Origin: Clostridiales bacterium
GTDB lineage: Bacteria > Bacillota > Clostridia > Saccharofermentanales > Saccharofermentanaceae
Reading direction: 5' to 3'
Length of the DNA: 64,000 nucleotides
Assembly (NCBI GenBank): GCA_017513085.1
Contig: JAFWDK010000006.1
Coordinates: 1 to 64,000 of the forward strand
Positions 9,694 to 19,651 of this stretch are shown in pieces. Position 1 is the first letter of the stretch. Each line of letters starts with the position of its first letter. A model generated the notes under the pieces. It saw only the letters and a list, made by a program, of their open reading frames with translations, ran no database searches and was not told the origin of the DNA. The translations under genes and the position numbers were made by a program.

Positions 9694-10581
9694 TTACCCG
9701 AAAAGCATATTGAAAAAAGCATATCCGAAATATCCGACTGCGGCACCCGTAGCCAACAGAGTACCCAAATACTTGACGTTTCTTCCATTTCCGATTGCAC
9801 ACCGGGAAATCAGATAAACCACCGCACACACGATAGCCGGGACCACTCCGATGCATCCACAAAGAATGATCGCAAAAAGATCCGACGTTCTCAGCGCCTT
9901 CATCTTATCACTTTTGAAATAGGATTGTGACTTCTTAGACAAGCTATTGATCATTATCGCCAGCACCACAGCCAAAAGTCCGATAGCCGCCGCAATCAAA
10001 ATCTCAATCAGAATATCCGCAAAAAGGCCGGCCGTACTCTTATCCGATGAAGACACAGTCCATCCGAGCTTGTCCGACAAAGCCGGACCCATCGCACGGA
10101 AAAGCACTTGCACCGCAAGATCGATCAGAAGTGCTACCGAAAGATTGTACATGGACGAACCGGTATCTTTCATGATCATCATTTCGACGATCACGATATT
10201 GATCATAATAAACAGTGCACAAAGCACTATAAACGGGAAAAGATTTTTCTTTGGGTCAACAGGATCCAGGAACATGGAAAGATGGGTAACTGCCATCAGA
10301 ATATACATAAGACCTGTCAGACTCTCGATCTTAATGTATCTGGAAGAAATCGGAGTCTTGCAGTATCTGCACTTTCCTCCAAGGAAAAGCCAGCTGAAGA
10401 TCGGTACCAGATCAAGCGCTCCGAGTTCGTGACCACATGTCATGCACATGGAATGACCTTTCACTATGGTCCTGTGTTCCGGTATACGGTATATACAAAC
10501 ATTCGTAAAACTGCCAATAACGGCACCAAACATGCCGGCCATGATTATATTGATAATCGTAAACACCAAATCAACGTTCAT
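9694..10581 (-). CDS. pilD: Prepilin peptidase/N-methyltransferase PilD-like (A24A) with a divergent peptidase half
   Basis: IGSFTNVCIYRIP, CMTC...GKCRYC zinc motifs and multiple TM helices; divergent from pilB. Confidence 0.85.
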   Translation of the reverse strand: MNVDLVFTIINIIMAGMFGAVIGSFTNVCIYRIPEHRTIVKGHSMCMTCGHELGALDLVPIFSWLFLGGKCRYCKTPISSRYIKIESLTGLMYILMAVTHLSMFLDPVDPKKNLFPFIVLCALFIMINIVIVEMMIMKDTGSSMYNLSVALLIDLAVQVLFRAMGPALSDKLGWTVSSSDKSTAGLFADILIEILIAAAIGLLAVVLAIMINSLSKKSQSYFKSDKMKALRTSDLFAIILCGCIGVVPAIVCAVVYLISRCAIGNGRNVKYLGTLLATGAAVGYFGYAFFNMLFG

Positions 10582-10968
10582 TCGTTCACACTCCTATCCA
10601 TTTAACATTATTACAAAAAAAGAATTATTTCAATTGCCACTTTCTTTTTACCATTAGGCGTTTGTGTAATTTCAACAAAATATCGATATTCCGTTCTAAA
10701 ATATTCATAATCAGTTGCAAAATCGTTGTTTTCCATGTATATTTATTGAGAAAAACTGATGAGTATTTGTGTTGGCTTATAGGGTTACAATGAGATGACA
10801 ATTCTGTTCTTGGGTGAGAACGAATTGTAATTATTTGATTTCACTTTTAGTCTATACAACGCCCTGTTTTGGGTGTACATTACTATTATCAGCAAAATTA
10901 GATATTTGGGTCGAGACGTCGGTCCATATCTCTTTATGCTAAAACGTACATCAGTTTGGGAGGGTTTG

Positions 10969-12645
10969 ATGAAGCGATTAGGTGACATTCTTATCGACAG
11001 TGGCTTTTTGTCACAGGCAGAATTGCAGGAAGCTCTTGAGGCACAGCGATCTTCTCCGTCCAAGAAACGTTTGGGTGAAATCATTGTTGAGAAAGGTCTT
11101 CTGACCGAACTGGATATCCTTAGAGCAATTTCGAGCCAGTATGAAATTCCGATTATCGACTTACAGCAAGTTGACATTGACCAGGAAGCAACCAAGGTCG
11201 TTACTGAGCAGTATTGCGAAGAGAACTTGATTATTCCTGTTGCTTTTGACCAGGACAAACTGGTCGTTGCTATCTATGACCCGTTGAACATTCTTGTAAC
11301 TGATGACCTCCGTTTCCGTACAGGTAACGATATCGTTACGCTCCTTGCTCCGAAGCAGCAGATCCTCACCGCGATCAAGATGAATTATGGTAGAGAAGTT
11401 GCTAAGCAGGCTTCTGATGAACTTGCTGCCGATCTTGATCTCGAGGATATGAAGAATCTGGCTGACGAGATCACAGACGAAGTAAACAACGCTCCTGTAG
11501 TTAAGCTCGTTAACTCCATGATCGACTTCGCTATCCGAGCAAATTCTTCCGATATTCACATCGAACCGATGGAAGATCGTGTTCGAGTCCGTATCCGTAT
11601 CGACGGTGTGCTTTCCGAGATCATGAATAACCCGGTTGCCGCGAAAGACGCGATCATCACACGTATCAAGATCATGTCCGGCATGAACATCGCCGAGAAG
11701 CGTATCCCTCAGGACGGTCGTGTACAGACCATGATCAACGGTAAGCCTGTTGACATGCGTGTATCCGTTCTCCCTACGGTACATGGTGAGAAAACCGTTA
11801 TCCGTATCCTTGCTAAGAACGACGCAAATCTTAATCGTAAGTACTTAGGCATCAGTGAACACAACAACGCGATGATCGACAAGATCGTCAAAGTTCCTCA
11901 GGGTGTTTGCCTTATCTCCGGTCCTACCGGTTCCGGTAAGACAACTACTCTTTACACACTCCTTTCCGAAAAGAATACTCCAGAAACAAATATCGTAACT
12001 GTTGAGGACCCGGTAGAAATTCAGATCCCAGGTCTCAATCAGGTACAGGTTAACGCCAAGGCCGGAATGACATTCGCAAGTGGTCTTCGTTCTATCCTCC
12101 GTCAGGACCCGGATATCATCCTCGTCGGTGAGATCCGTGACGGTGAGACTGCCGAGATCGCAATGCGTGCTGCTATTACCGGTCACTTGGTTTTCAGCAC
12201 GATCCACACCAACGATGCTGTTTCTTCCATCAACCGTTTGATCGATATGGGTATCGAGCCATTCATGGTTTCGACAGCTGTTATCGGCGTTGTTGCTCAG
12301 CGTCTTGTTCGTCGTATCTGCACGAACTGCCGTGAAGAATATGAACCGGGTCCGGATGAAGTCGAGCTTTTGAAACTGCAGCCCGGACAGAAACTCTATC
12401 GTGGCGCCGGTTGCTCCGAGTGTAACGAGAAGGGTTATAAGGGACGTATTGCTATCCATGAAGTTGTAATTATGACCAAAAAGATGAGAGCGCTTCTTGA
12501 GCGCCGTGCTTCAGAAGATGAGATGCGTGCATTGGCAATCTCTGAAGGAACATTGATGTTGGCTGATTCTGCTGCACAGTTAGTACTGGAGGGTATTACA
12601 ACCGTTGCAGAGATGAGTAAAGTAACATATTCCATTGACGGTTAA
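10969..12645 (+). CDS. pilB: Type IV pilus assembly ATPase PilB with N-terminal MshEN domain
   Basis: SDIHIEP, Walker A GPTGSGKTT, LRQDPDIILVGEIRD, CxxC-CxxC. Start 10969 follows GGGAGG. Confidence 0.96.
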   Translation: MKRLGDILIDSGFLSQAELQEALEAQRSSPSKKRLGEIIVEKGLLTELDILRAISSQYEIPIIDLQQVDIDQEATKVVTEQYCEENLIIPVAFDQDKLVVAIYDPLNILVTDDLRFRTGNDIVTLLAPKQQILTAIKMNYGREVAKQASDELAADLDLEDMKNLADEITDEVNNAPVVKLVNSMIDFAIRANSSDIHIEPMEDRVRVRIRIDGVLSEIMNNPVAAKDAIITRIKIMSGMNIAEKRIPQDGRVQTMINGKPVDMRVSVLPTVHGEKTVIRILAKNDANLNRKYLGISEHNNAMIDKIVKVPQGVCLISGPTGSGKTTTLYTLLSEKNTPETNIVTVEDPVEIQIPGLNQVQVNAKAGMTFASGLRSILRQDPDIILVGEIRDGETAEIAMRAAITGHLVFSTIHTNDAVSSINRLIDMGIEPFMVSTAVIGVVAQRLVRRICTNCREEYEPGPDEVELLKLQPGQKLYRGAGCSECNEKGYKGRIAIHEVVIMTKKMRALLERRASEDEMRALAISEGTLMLADSAAQLVLEGITTVAEMSKVTYSIDG

Positions 12646-12657
12646 GGAGGAAAGAAA

Positions 12658-13779
12658 GTGGAAGAATTTACATTAAGTATGGATGCCATTCTCACAGAGG
12701 CTGTTCGTCGCCAGGCGTCCGATACGCACATCACAGTTGGTCTGCCACCTATGATCCGCGTACACGGCGAACTCATGCCCCTCAATTCCAACATTTTGAC
12801 ACAGAGTGACACTGAATATCTCTGCAAATCTATGTTGGACAAGTCCAGACAGCAGTATCTCAATGAGCGTGGTGAGATCGACTTCTCTTACGTTGTTAGA
12901 GATTACAGCCGTTTCCGTTGTAACGTATTTAAGCAGCGCGGTAGTTATACTCTGGCTGCACGTACTATCACAACAGAAATTCCGACATGTGAGCGTCTCG
13001 GACTTCCTGAATTGTTTAAGGATCTGGCTCTGAAACCGCGTGGATTGATTCTTGTAACAGGTCCTACGGGTTCCGGTAAATCAACTACTCTGGCCGCCAT
13101 GGTTGGTCACATCAACCAGAACCGCCGTTGTCACGTTCTCACTCTTGAGGAACCGATCGAGTATCTGCACCGTCATGGTGAGTCGATGATCAACCAGCGT
13201 GAAGTTCACGAAGATACCCTCTCTTTTGCTAATGCTCTTCGTGCTGCTCTCCGTGAAGACCCGGACGTTATCATGGTTGGTGAGATGCGTGACCTCGATA
13301 CGATCAGTACAGCTATCACAGCTTCTGAAACCGGTCACTTGGTTATGTCCACACTCCACACCAGTGGTGCTGCCGACACGATCAACCGTATCATCGACGT
13401 ATTCCCGCCGCATCAGCAGGATCAGATCCGTGTTCAGTTGGGTACAGTTCTTGTTGCGGTTATCTCTCAGACACTTCTTCCCCGTGCGGATGGTGCAGGA
13501 CGAGTAGCTGCATTTGAGATCCTGATCGCAAATGACGCTGTTCGTAACCTTATCCGTGAAGGTAAGACATATCAGATCGATAATACCATTGCGACTAACC
13601 TCAAACTTGGTATGTGTTCTCTTGACTACTATCTTGCCGAGCTTACTAAGAAGGGTCTGATCACACGTGAGACTGCTATCTCCCGTTGTAAGGATCCGGA
13701 TGAATATCGCCGTTACCTCGCTTCCGCCGGCACTGCGAATTCTGTATCTAATGGTCTATTTAACTCGTTGGAGTACTAA
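12658..13779 (+). CDS. pilT: Retraction ATPase PilT
   Basis: GPTGSGKSTT, ALREDPDVIMVGEMRD, HLVMSTLHT and AVRNLIRE. Confidence 0.96.
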   Translation: MEEFTLSMDAILTEAVRRQASDTHITVGLPPMIRVHGELMPLNSNILTQSDTEYLCKSMLDKSRQQYLNERGEIDFSYVVRDYSRFRCNVFKQRGSYTLAARTITTEIPTCERLGLPELFKDLALKPRGLILVTGPTGSGKSTTLAAMVGHINQNRRCHVLTLEEPIEYLHRHGESMINQREVHEDTLSFANALRAALREDPDVIMVGEMRDLDTISTAITASETGHLVMSTLHTSGAADTINRIIDVFPPHQQDQIRVQLGTVLVAVISQTLLPRADGAGRVAAFEILIANDAVRNLIREGKTYQIDNTIATNLKLGMCSLDYYLAELTKKGLITRETAISRCKDPDEYRRYLASAGTANSVSNGLFNSLEY

Positions 13780-13810
13780 TAAATAGAAAACAAAGAAGGA
13801 GGTTTGCTTC

Positions 13811-15019
13811 ATGCCAAATTTCAAATATGAAGTAGTCGACGCAAGTGGACGTTCAAGCAAAGGTGTCATAGAAGCCGCTACCATGGCAGATGCTTCGAAG
13901 ATGCTCCGTGCTGACGGTCGTTTCATTGCCTCTCTTGAACAAGACAATGGCTCAAGTCTTTTGACAATGAACGTCGGAAGTCCAAAGCTGAAGACAAAAG
14001 ATCTCATGATTATCACGAGACAGCTTTCTTCTCTTCTGAGTGCCGGTATTACAGTTATCCGTTCTTTGGATATGTTGTATCAGCAAATGGAAAGTAAGAA
14101 GGCGAAGGCAGTTATCGGTTCCATCTATGAGTCGATCCAATCCGGTAAAACATTGTCGGAAGCCTTCCGTGAACAATCCAAGGCTTTACCTACGATCATG
14201 ATTTCTATGATTTCTGCAGGTGAGGAATCCGGTCGTCTTGACGAAGTAACCGCAAGATTGGCTGCTCACTTTGAGAAAGAGCAAAAGTTGAAGAATAAAG
14301 TTGGTGCCGCCTTGGTATATCCTATTATTCTTGCCGTTGTTACTCTCGGTATTACTGTCGGTTTGATGACCCTCGTAGTTCCGAAATTCGCTGAAACATT
14401 GAACTCCCTCGGTGGTGAGCTCCCTGGCCTCACCAAGGCAGTCATGAATTTCAGTGACAGCTTGGTAGACTTCTGGTACATCTATCTTGCTGTAATTCTT
14501 GGTATCATCGTAGCGTTCCGTATGTGGAAGCATTCAGAGAAAGGTAGCCTTTCCTGGTCCAAGTTCGTGCTTAAGGTTCCGATTTTCGGTAAAGCTCAAA
14601 AAGCAACCGCTGCTGCACGTTTCACCCGTACCATGGCTACATTGCTCCGAAGCGGTATCAGCGTACTGGACTCTATGGAGATCACGAGTCACACTCTTGG
14701 AAACAAATGGCTGGAAACACAGCTCTATGATTCCAGAAATGAAATCCGTAAAGGTTCTTCTGTTTCCCGTTCCATTCGTGGTATCAAGGAATTCCCTCCT
14801 ATGATCTACGCTATGACAGCTATCGGTGAAGAATCTGGTACTTTGGATAGCATCCTTGACAAGGCAGCAGACTTTTTCGAGGATGAGGCAGATGCAGCTA
14901 CTGCAAAGATGACAGCAGCTTTGGAGCCTATCATGATCATCATCATGGCTGGTGTCGTTCTTCTCGTAGTTGGTGCTTGTGGTCTACCAGTACTCACAAT
15001 GTCCAGTAACATTTTGTGA
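13811..15019 (+). CDS. pilC: Type IV pilus platform protein PilC (T2SSF family)
   Basis: AGEESGRLD, ALVYP, AIGEESGTLD, LEPIMI; three TM segments. Confidence 0.95.
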   Translation: MPNFKYEVVDASGRSSKGVIEAATMADASKMLRADGRFIASLEQDNGSSLLTMNVGSPKLKTKDLMIITRQLSSLLSAGITVIRSLDMLYQQMESKKAKAVIGSIYESIQSGKTLSEAFREQSKALPTIMISMISAGEESGRLDEVTARLAAHFEKEQKLKNKVGAALVYPIILAVVTLGITVGLMTLVVPKFAETLNSLGGELPGLTKAVMNFSDSLVDFWYIYLAVILGIIVAFRMWKHSEKGSLSWSKFVLKVPIFGKAQKATAAARFTRTMATLLRSGISVLDSMEITSHTLGNKWLETQLYDSRNEIRKGSSVSRSIRGIKEFPPMIYAMTAIGEESGTLDSILDKAADFFEDEADAATAKMTAALEPIMIIIMAGVVLLVVGACGLPVLTMSSNIL

Positions 15020-15043
15020 TGATAACTCGAAAGGAGATAAATT

Positions 15044-16162
15044 ATGGCTTTAGGAAGTGGAAGCAGCAAAGAGATTTCGATTGACGTCTCTAGCTCAAAC
15101 ATGAAAATGGTAGTCGGCGGCTACAACCGCAAGACTGGAACGGTTCAGATCGATAAGTTCGGCATCGTCCCGCTCGAGTCTGATACTATCGCTGATGGTG
15201 TCATTTCTGACCAGTTTGGTGTAGTAATGGCGCTGAAAAATGCACTGGCTAAGTCCAATATTCAGGACAAGCGTGCGATCTTGACAGTTGAGGGTAGTTA
15301 TCTTCACACAAGAGACCTGGAACTCCCTGCAGTAAAAGCAGAACAGCTCCGTGATATGGTCCGTTACGAGATCTTGGGTCAGGGCACAAACAACCGCGAT
15401 ATGATCGTTGAATATATCGTATATGACAAAGTACTTGACGAAGAAACCAAGCAGCAGAAGTACAAAGTACGTGCTACAGCAATTCCGAAGGATGTTGCCA
15501 ATGACTTCCGTGAATTGATGAAGACAAGTGCTTTGAACCCGATCGCGCTGGATGTTAATCCGAATGCTATCCGTAAGCTTTTCAAAAGCGGAACGATCAA
15601 CGGAACAACCAACATTGCATCCAACACTTTGTTGCTGATCGAGTTGTCCTCCAAGACAACAAATATCACTGTTTTGGATAAAGGTTTCCCGGTACTGACA
15701 CGTCGTCTGCAGTTTGGTCACTCCAATGTGCGCCAGGTTGCTGAGACTGTTAAGAAGGTTCAGGGCAATTCTGCTAACAAGTCTTCCATCCTGACAAGAC
15801 GTCTTCAGGTCGTTAAAGGTGAAGGTATTTCCAACGTTGATGTTTCTGATATCGATGTATGGCACGAGACAGTTAAGGACGAGCCTTCCTTGAACAGTGC
15901 AGTTTCTGCATACTTCAAGAGCTTGACCGATGCTATTTCCAGAACTGCTCAGTTCTCCATTTCCAAGTATCACTTGGATGCGATCAGCACATGCTTCCTC
16001 TATGGTAGCGGCGCTAAGTATCGCAAGATGGACAAAGAGCTTTCTCGTCAGCTTGGTACTCAGGTTGAAATTCTCGGTTCCCTTAACACAGTTCAGGGAC
16101 CGAAAGACTTTATCTTATCAGACTATGTGAATGCGTGCGGCGCACTCATTCGTGACAATTGA
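15044..16162 (+). CDS. pilM: PilM, actin-like alignment protein
   Basis: ISIDVSSSNMK, LLIELSSKTTNI, FLYGSGA; position in the operon. Confidence 0.88.
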   Translation: MALGSGSSKEISIDVSSSNMKMVVGGYNRKTGTVQIDKFGIVPLESDTIADGVISDQFGVVMALKNALAKSNIQDKRAILTVEGSYLHTRDLELPAVKAEQLRDMVRYEILGQGTNNRDMIVEYIVYDKVLDEETKQQKYKVRATAIPKDVANDFRELMKTSALNPIALDVNPNAIRKLFKSGTINGTTNIASNTLLLIELSSKTTNITVLDKGFPVLTRRLQFGHSNVRQVAETVKKVQGNSANKSSILTRRLQVVKGEGISNVDVSDIDVWHETVKDEPSLNSAVSAYFKSLTDAISRTAQFSISKYHLDAISTCFLYGSGAKYRKMDKELSRQLGTQVEILGSLNTVQGPKDFILSDYVNACGALIRDN

Positions 16163-16176
16163 AAGGAGGCGAGATT

Positions 16177-17091
16177 ATGAGTTTAGCAAAATCAAAGAAT
16201 GACTTTTCTAAAAGAGATATGAACTTCTTCTCTGAATTCAGCTCAGGTGCTTCTCAGAATTTTTCGTCTGCATTACCGGTCTTTCTTCTGTTCGCGCTCG
16301 GTATTATTATTGTGACATTGATCATCTGGATTGCTTGCAGCGTTTCTACGATGAAGAAGACAAACAGAGCAAACGAGTTGAGATCTACGATGAACTCTCC
16401 TGAGTATCTCGAAAAGCTGTCCAGAAAGGATCAGACACAGGCTGAGGTTGAAGAGTTAAGACAGTATAGTTACGTTATTTCCACACTGGAAGTAAAAGTT
16501 TCCGGAACTACTACTGCTGCTGCTGAGACTTTCACATCTGTTGTAGATGCTCTCCCGAACGACACAGTTCTCACCTTCTACGATGATACAAACGGAACTG
16601 TTGAGATCCACGGAACAAGTATTAACTCCGAGTCTCCGCTCAACTTTCTCAAGACTCTCTCAGACAAAGAGTTGTTCAGCTTTATTGAAGATTCCATCAA
16701 GCCTTTCGACCCGATTGCTGGTGGTTATACCGAAAAATCTCTGATTATGGCTGAAATGCGTTATGAATTCGTATTCAAGTGCACTCTCAAAGGTCACTAT
16801 GCTGTTACATGGGCTCGTTTCCTTGATGGTCCGACACTTACACCTTTGACAGAGGTTTCTACAAATTCTTACAACGCAGGTAAGGACTACCTGATTCAGA
16901 GCGTTGCTACATACCAGACAGAGGGTGTCAACTATACTCTTACAAACATCAAGATCAATGGTGCTCCGGTATCCGCAGCTACATTGGCTGAAGCAATTGC
17001 TACAAACGAACTTAAGGGCAAAGTTGCTACAACGATGAATATCGAACTTGTATATACTGCGCCTGCAGAAGGTGAAGGAGGTGCTTCCTGA
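16177..17091 (+). CDS. pilN: PilN-like protein with a C-terminal extension
   Basis: RDMNFF (INLLP-equivalent), one TM, coiled coil, LPNDTVL...VEIHG. Confidence 0.7.
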   Translation: MSLAKSKNDFSKRDMNFFSEFSSGASQNFSSALPVFLLFALGIIIVTLIIWIACSVSTMKKTNRANELRSTMNSPEYLEKLSRKDQTQAEVEELRQYSYVISTLEVKVSGTTTAAAETFTSVVDALPNDTVLTFYDDTNGTVEIHGTSINSESPLNFLKTLSDKELFSFIEDSIKPFDPIAGGYTEKSLIMAEMRYEFVFKCTLKGHYAVTWARFLDGPTLTPLTEVSTNSYNAGKDYLIQSVATYQTEGVNYTLTNIKINGAPVSAATLAEAIATNELKGKVATTMNIELVYTAPAEGEGGAS

Positions 17092-18281
17092 TGAAGACAA
17101 CAGGTGGTAGAGACACATTCTTATTGTTTGTTGTTCTCGTCTTGGTGATCGGTGCAGTTTGCTATATGTTCGTCATCAAGAGATCATTAAATAAGCTCAA
17201 CCAGGCAAAGATCGATTTGGAGATCGTTGAGCAGGAAAAAGCTGAGAAAGATAAGATTATCGCTCAGGCAGAGGAATTGGACAAAGTACGTGAGGAGTTG
17301 AAGGCTTCTATCGCTGCTAAAGAGAAAAAGCTTCCTCCGGAGCTTCTTACTCAGACAATTCAGCGTAAACTGTATAAGCATTTCGAGGAAGCTGGCATTC
17401 CTTACTACGTAGAGATTGCTAACGACGCGAAGAAGTATGAATCCGTTACACTTCCGGATGGAACTTCCAGCCCTGATAGAGTTGCATATTCCAGCTACAC
17501 TATTAGAGTTTCCGGTACAGACGGATGGTTGCTGACACACGATGAAGGCGACAAGATTCCTTTTGAAGTGTTCTATGAGCAGTCCATCTTGGATCAGACA
17601 ATGGGTATTGGCGGTCAGAATGCAAATGGCGGTGCTACAACACCGAACAAGTCCGCTACTGAAGCTGGTATCGCTGACGTAAAAGCACTGAGAAGTGAAA
17701 AGTATGTTGGCTACAAGGAATTCATGGCAGCTATCCAGAAGATCCAGGCTGACGCTCCGGATTATGTAAAGATCACAGGCGTTGGATTTGAGGATCAGGG
17801 TCAGGGCTTCGGTTATTTCACAGCTGTTGTTAATGTATATTCTTATGAACTGGTTAACCGTATCTCTGATGCTAGCGAACAGAAGGGTATGAACTACATG
17901 AAGTGGGTCGGCTCCGAAAATATTGCAACAGGTGGTCTGGTTGGTCTTCCGAACTACTTCACACTCAGTAGCCCGAACTACAGTATTTCCGAGGATTCTC
18001 CTCTGTACAACCACTATGTATCTCTTGTAGATTTCAAGTTCAATGTTGATCGTCCGTTCGCAGCATGGAACATGTGGGGTTATGAATGGCTGACATTGAA
18101 GCCGATTCTCGATGCAGGCGTAGACAAGAATCCGCAGCTGCTCGAACTCGACATTCAGTTGCAGCTTGGTATGATCACTATGGAAGAATACACAAAACTG
18201 AGTTCTTTGATCATTGGTTCCGGCGTTGAGCTTCAGAATGGAGCAACACTCCCTGACGCAAATACTACACCGGCAACATAA
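17091..18281 (+). CDS. PilO-like protein, unusually long
   Basis: RDTFLL + TM + coiled coil + LP motif; overlaps the pilN stop codon (TGATG). Confidence 0.6.
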   Translation: MKTTGGRDTFLLFVVLVLVIGAVCYMFVIKRSLNKLNQAKIDLEIVEQEKAEKDKIIAQAEELDKVREELKASIAAKEKKLPPELLTQTIQRKLYKHFEEAGIPYYVEIANDAKKYESVTLPDGTSSPDRVAYSSYTIRVSGTDGWLLTHDEGDKIPFEVFYEQSILDQTMGIGGQNANGGATTPNKSATEAGIADVKALRSEKYVGYKEFMAAIQKIQADAPDYVKITGVGFEDQGQGFGYFTAVVNVYSYELVNRISDASEQKGMNYMKWVGSENIATGGLVGLPNYFTLSSPNYSISEDSPLYNHYVSLVDFKFNVDRPFAAWNMWGYEWLTLKPILDAGVDKNPQLLELDIQLQLGMITMEEYTKLSSLIIGSGVELQNGATLPDANTTPAT

Positions 18282-18301
18282 GAACAATTGATTCAATCAT
18301 C

Positions 18302-18336
18302 AAGGGAGCTGTCAAAAATGACAGCTCCCTTTTTTT
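18302..18336 (+). terminator. Terminator of the pilB-O operon
   Basis: AAGGGAGCTGTCA/TGACAGCTCCCTT stem plus T-run. Confidence 0.92.
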
Positions 18337-18745
18337 GTCGTTTCTTCGTTTCGTACAGCAGGAAAGAATCGTGTTTCAAAGTATAACTATTCTTCTCATC
18401 AACACAAATGAATAATCTTCAGTCGCTCCGCCACAGAAAAGATCTCCTTGACCCCGATGGAGCAGGTGATGTGTCCGATATCCGAGATCTCGATTCTTCT
18501 ACTACCTTTCTCATCCGTTGCAGTAGAATAATCCGTTTTAAACCACCATCTCGAACCGATAAGATGCTAATTCTTGTTATAGCGCTATTCTGCAACAGAA
18601 CTGTTCTGGCGAAACACTTGGATCAAACAACTTGATTTTAATATGCATATTATGGAAAAACACCGTATCAAAGAACTTCAATAATTCTTCAAGCATTGTA
18701 TATAATACTTATTTAAACCTATATATAGTGTCCTGAGTGAATTTA

Positions 18746-18800
18746 GACACAATTTGTCACAATTTAAAATCGTAACGTTATACACAATTTCAAATTGTAA
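18746..18800. repeat. 10-bp-period direct repeats (GACACAATTT GTCACAATTT ... TACACAATTT) plus an inverted copy; candidate operator
   Basis: Copies at 18746, 18756 and 18781, and reversed at 18792-18800. Confidence 0.5.
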
Positions 18801-18987
18801 ATAAATATATCCTCGTTTCATCCAATTGACCGGATCGTCTGCAAAGCACTGAAATACAAGCATTTGACGCGGATCCAGGTTTCATGTTATTATATCAAAC
18901 GAGTTCATGATTTATTCAATTATGCCATGAATTGTGACGGCCAAAAAATTTTTTTCACAAAAATGTGAAAAAACTTCAAAATTGGTA

Positions 18988-19015
18988 TTGCATTTTCAGA
19001 ATCACATGCTATAAT
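18988..19015 (+). promoter_or_regulatory. Sigma-A promoter of pilin 1
   Basis: TTGCAT-16-TATAAT with extended TG; strong RBS TAGGAGG downstream. Confidence 0.8.
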
Positions 19016-19055
19016 GTAATTACAAACTCAATAAAACATTTAGGAGGAACTTATT

Positions 19056-19256
19056 ATGAAGAAGATTCAGAAGAACAGAAAAGGTTTTACATTGGTTGAA
19101 ATGGTACTCGTTATCGCGATTATCGTTATCCTAGCTGCAGTAGTATTCTTTACAGTAGCTGATTACCTCAACGCTGCTAAGGGCGCTACATCCAAGCTTT
19201 CTGAGCACAACAGCGCTATCGCTGCTGGTACAGCTGATATCTCTGCTAACCTGTAA
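19056..19256 (+). CDS. Short head-less type IV pilin 1 (56 aa mature), likely the major pilin
   Basis: Class III signal KG|FTLVE; has its own promoter and terminator. Confidence 0.92.
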   Translation: MKKIQKNRKGFTLVEMVLVIAIIVILAAVVFFTVADYLNAAKGATSKLSEHNSAIAAGTADISANL

Positions 19257-19278
19257 TTTCAATCTTGTAGCAATTATC

Positions 19279-19309
19279 GGGGGGGGCTTTAAAAGTCCCC
19301 CCTTTTTTT
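19279..19309 (+). terminator. Terminator after pilin 1
   Basis: G8-CTTT/AAAG-T-C6 stem plus T-run. Confidence 0.9.
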
Positions 19310-19368
19310 ATCTTTGAAGCTATTGGTATTACTTAATTTCCGGATTCAATTTGTTTACAATTTAGTTA

Positions 19369-19396
19369 TTGATTCTCAGTTCAGTGGTGTTATAAT
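19369..19396 (+). promoter_or_regulatory. Sigma-A promoter of the minor-pilin unit
   Basis: TTGATT-16-TATAAT with extended TG. Confidence 0.75.
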
Positions 19397-19422
19397 TATC
19401 TTGGTTATACTTGGAGGCAATT

Positions 19423-19638
19423 ATGAATAAAATTTATAAAAACAGACGCGCTTTTACGCTTGTAGAAATTGTAATTGTTGTTGCAATTATTGTTTTGTTA
19501 GCCGCTGTTACTGGACTGTCCGTTTCTGAGTATATTTCTAATGCTCACGCTGGTTCTGAACAATTAAGTTCCAAGCGGGCCGCTTCCATCGCTAATAACT
19601 CGGCTATCAACGATAGTTTTGTTAATATCGGTTATTAA
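19423..19638 (+). CDS. Short head-less type IV pilin 2 (61 aa mature)
   Basis: MNKIYKNRRA|FTLVE (Ala at -1); GGAGG RBS before the ATG at 19423. Confidence 0.88.
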   Translation: MNKIYKNRRAFTLVEIVIVVAIIVLLAAVTGLSVSEYISNAHAGSEQLSSKRAASIANNSAINDSFVNIGY

Positions 19639-19651
19639 GGAGGAAGTCGAC

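Noticed and set aside
19279-19286. G8 tract as a phase-variation switch
   Set aside because: It is the 5' arm of a terminator pairing with C6, outside coding and promoter sequence.
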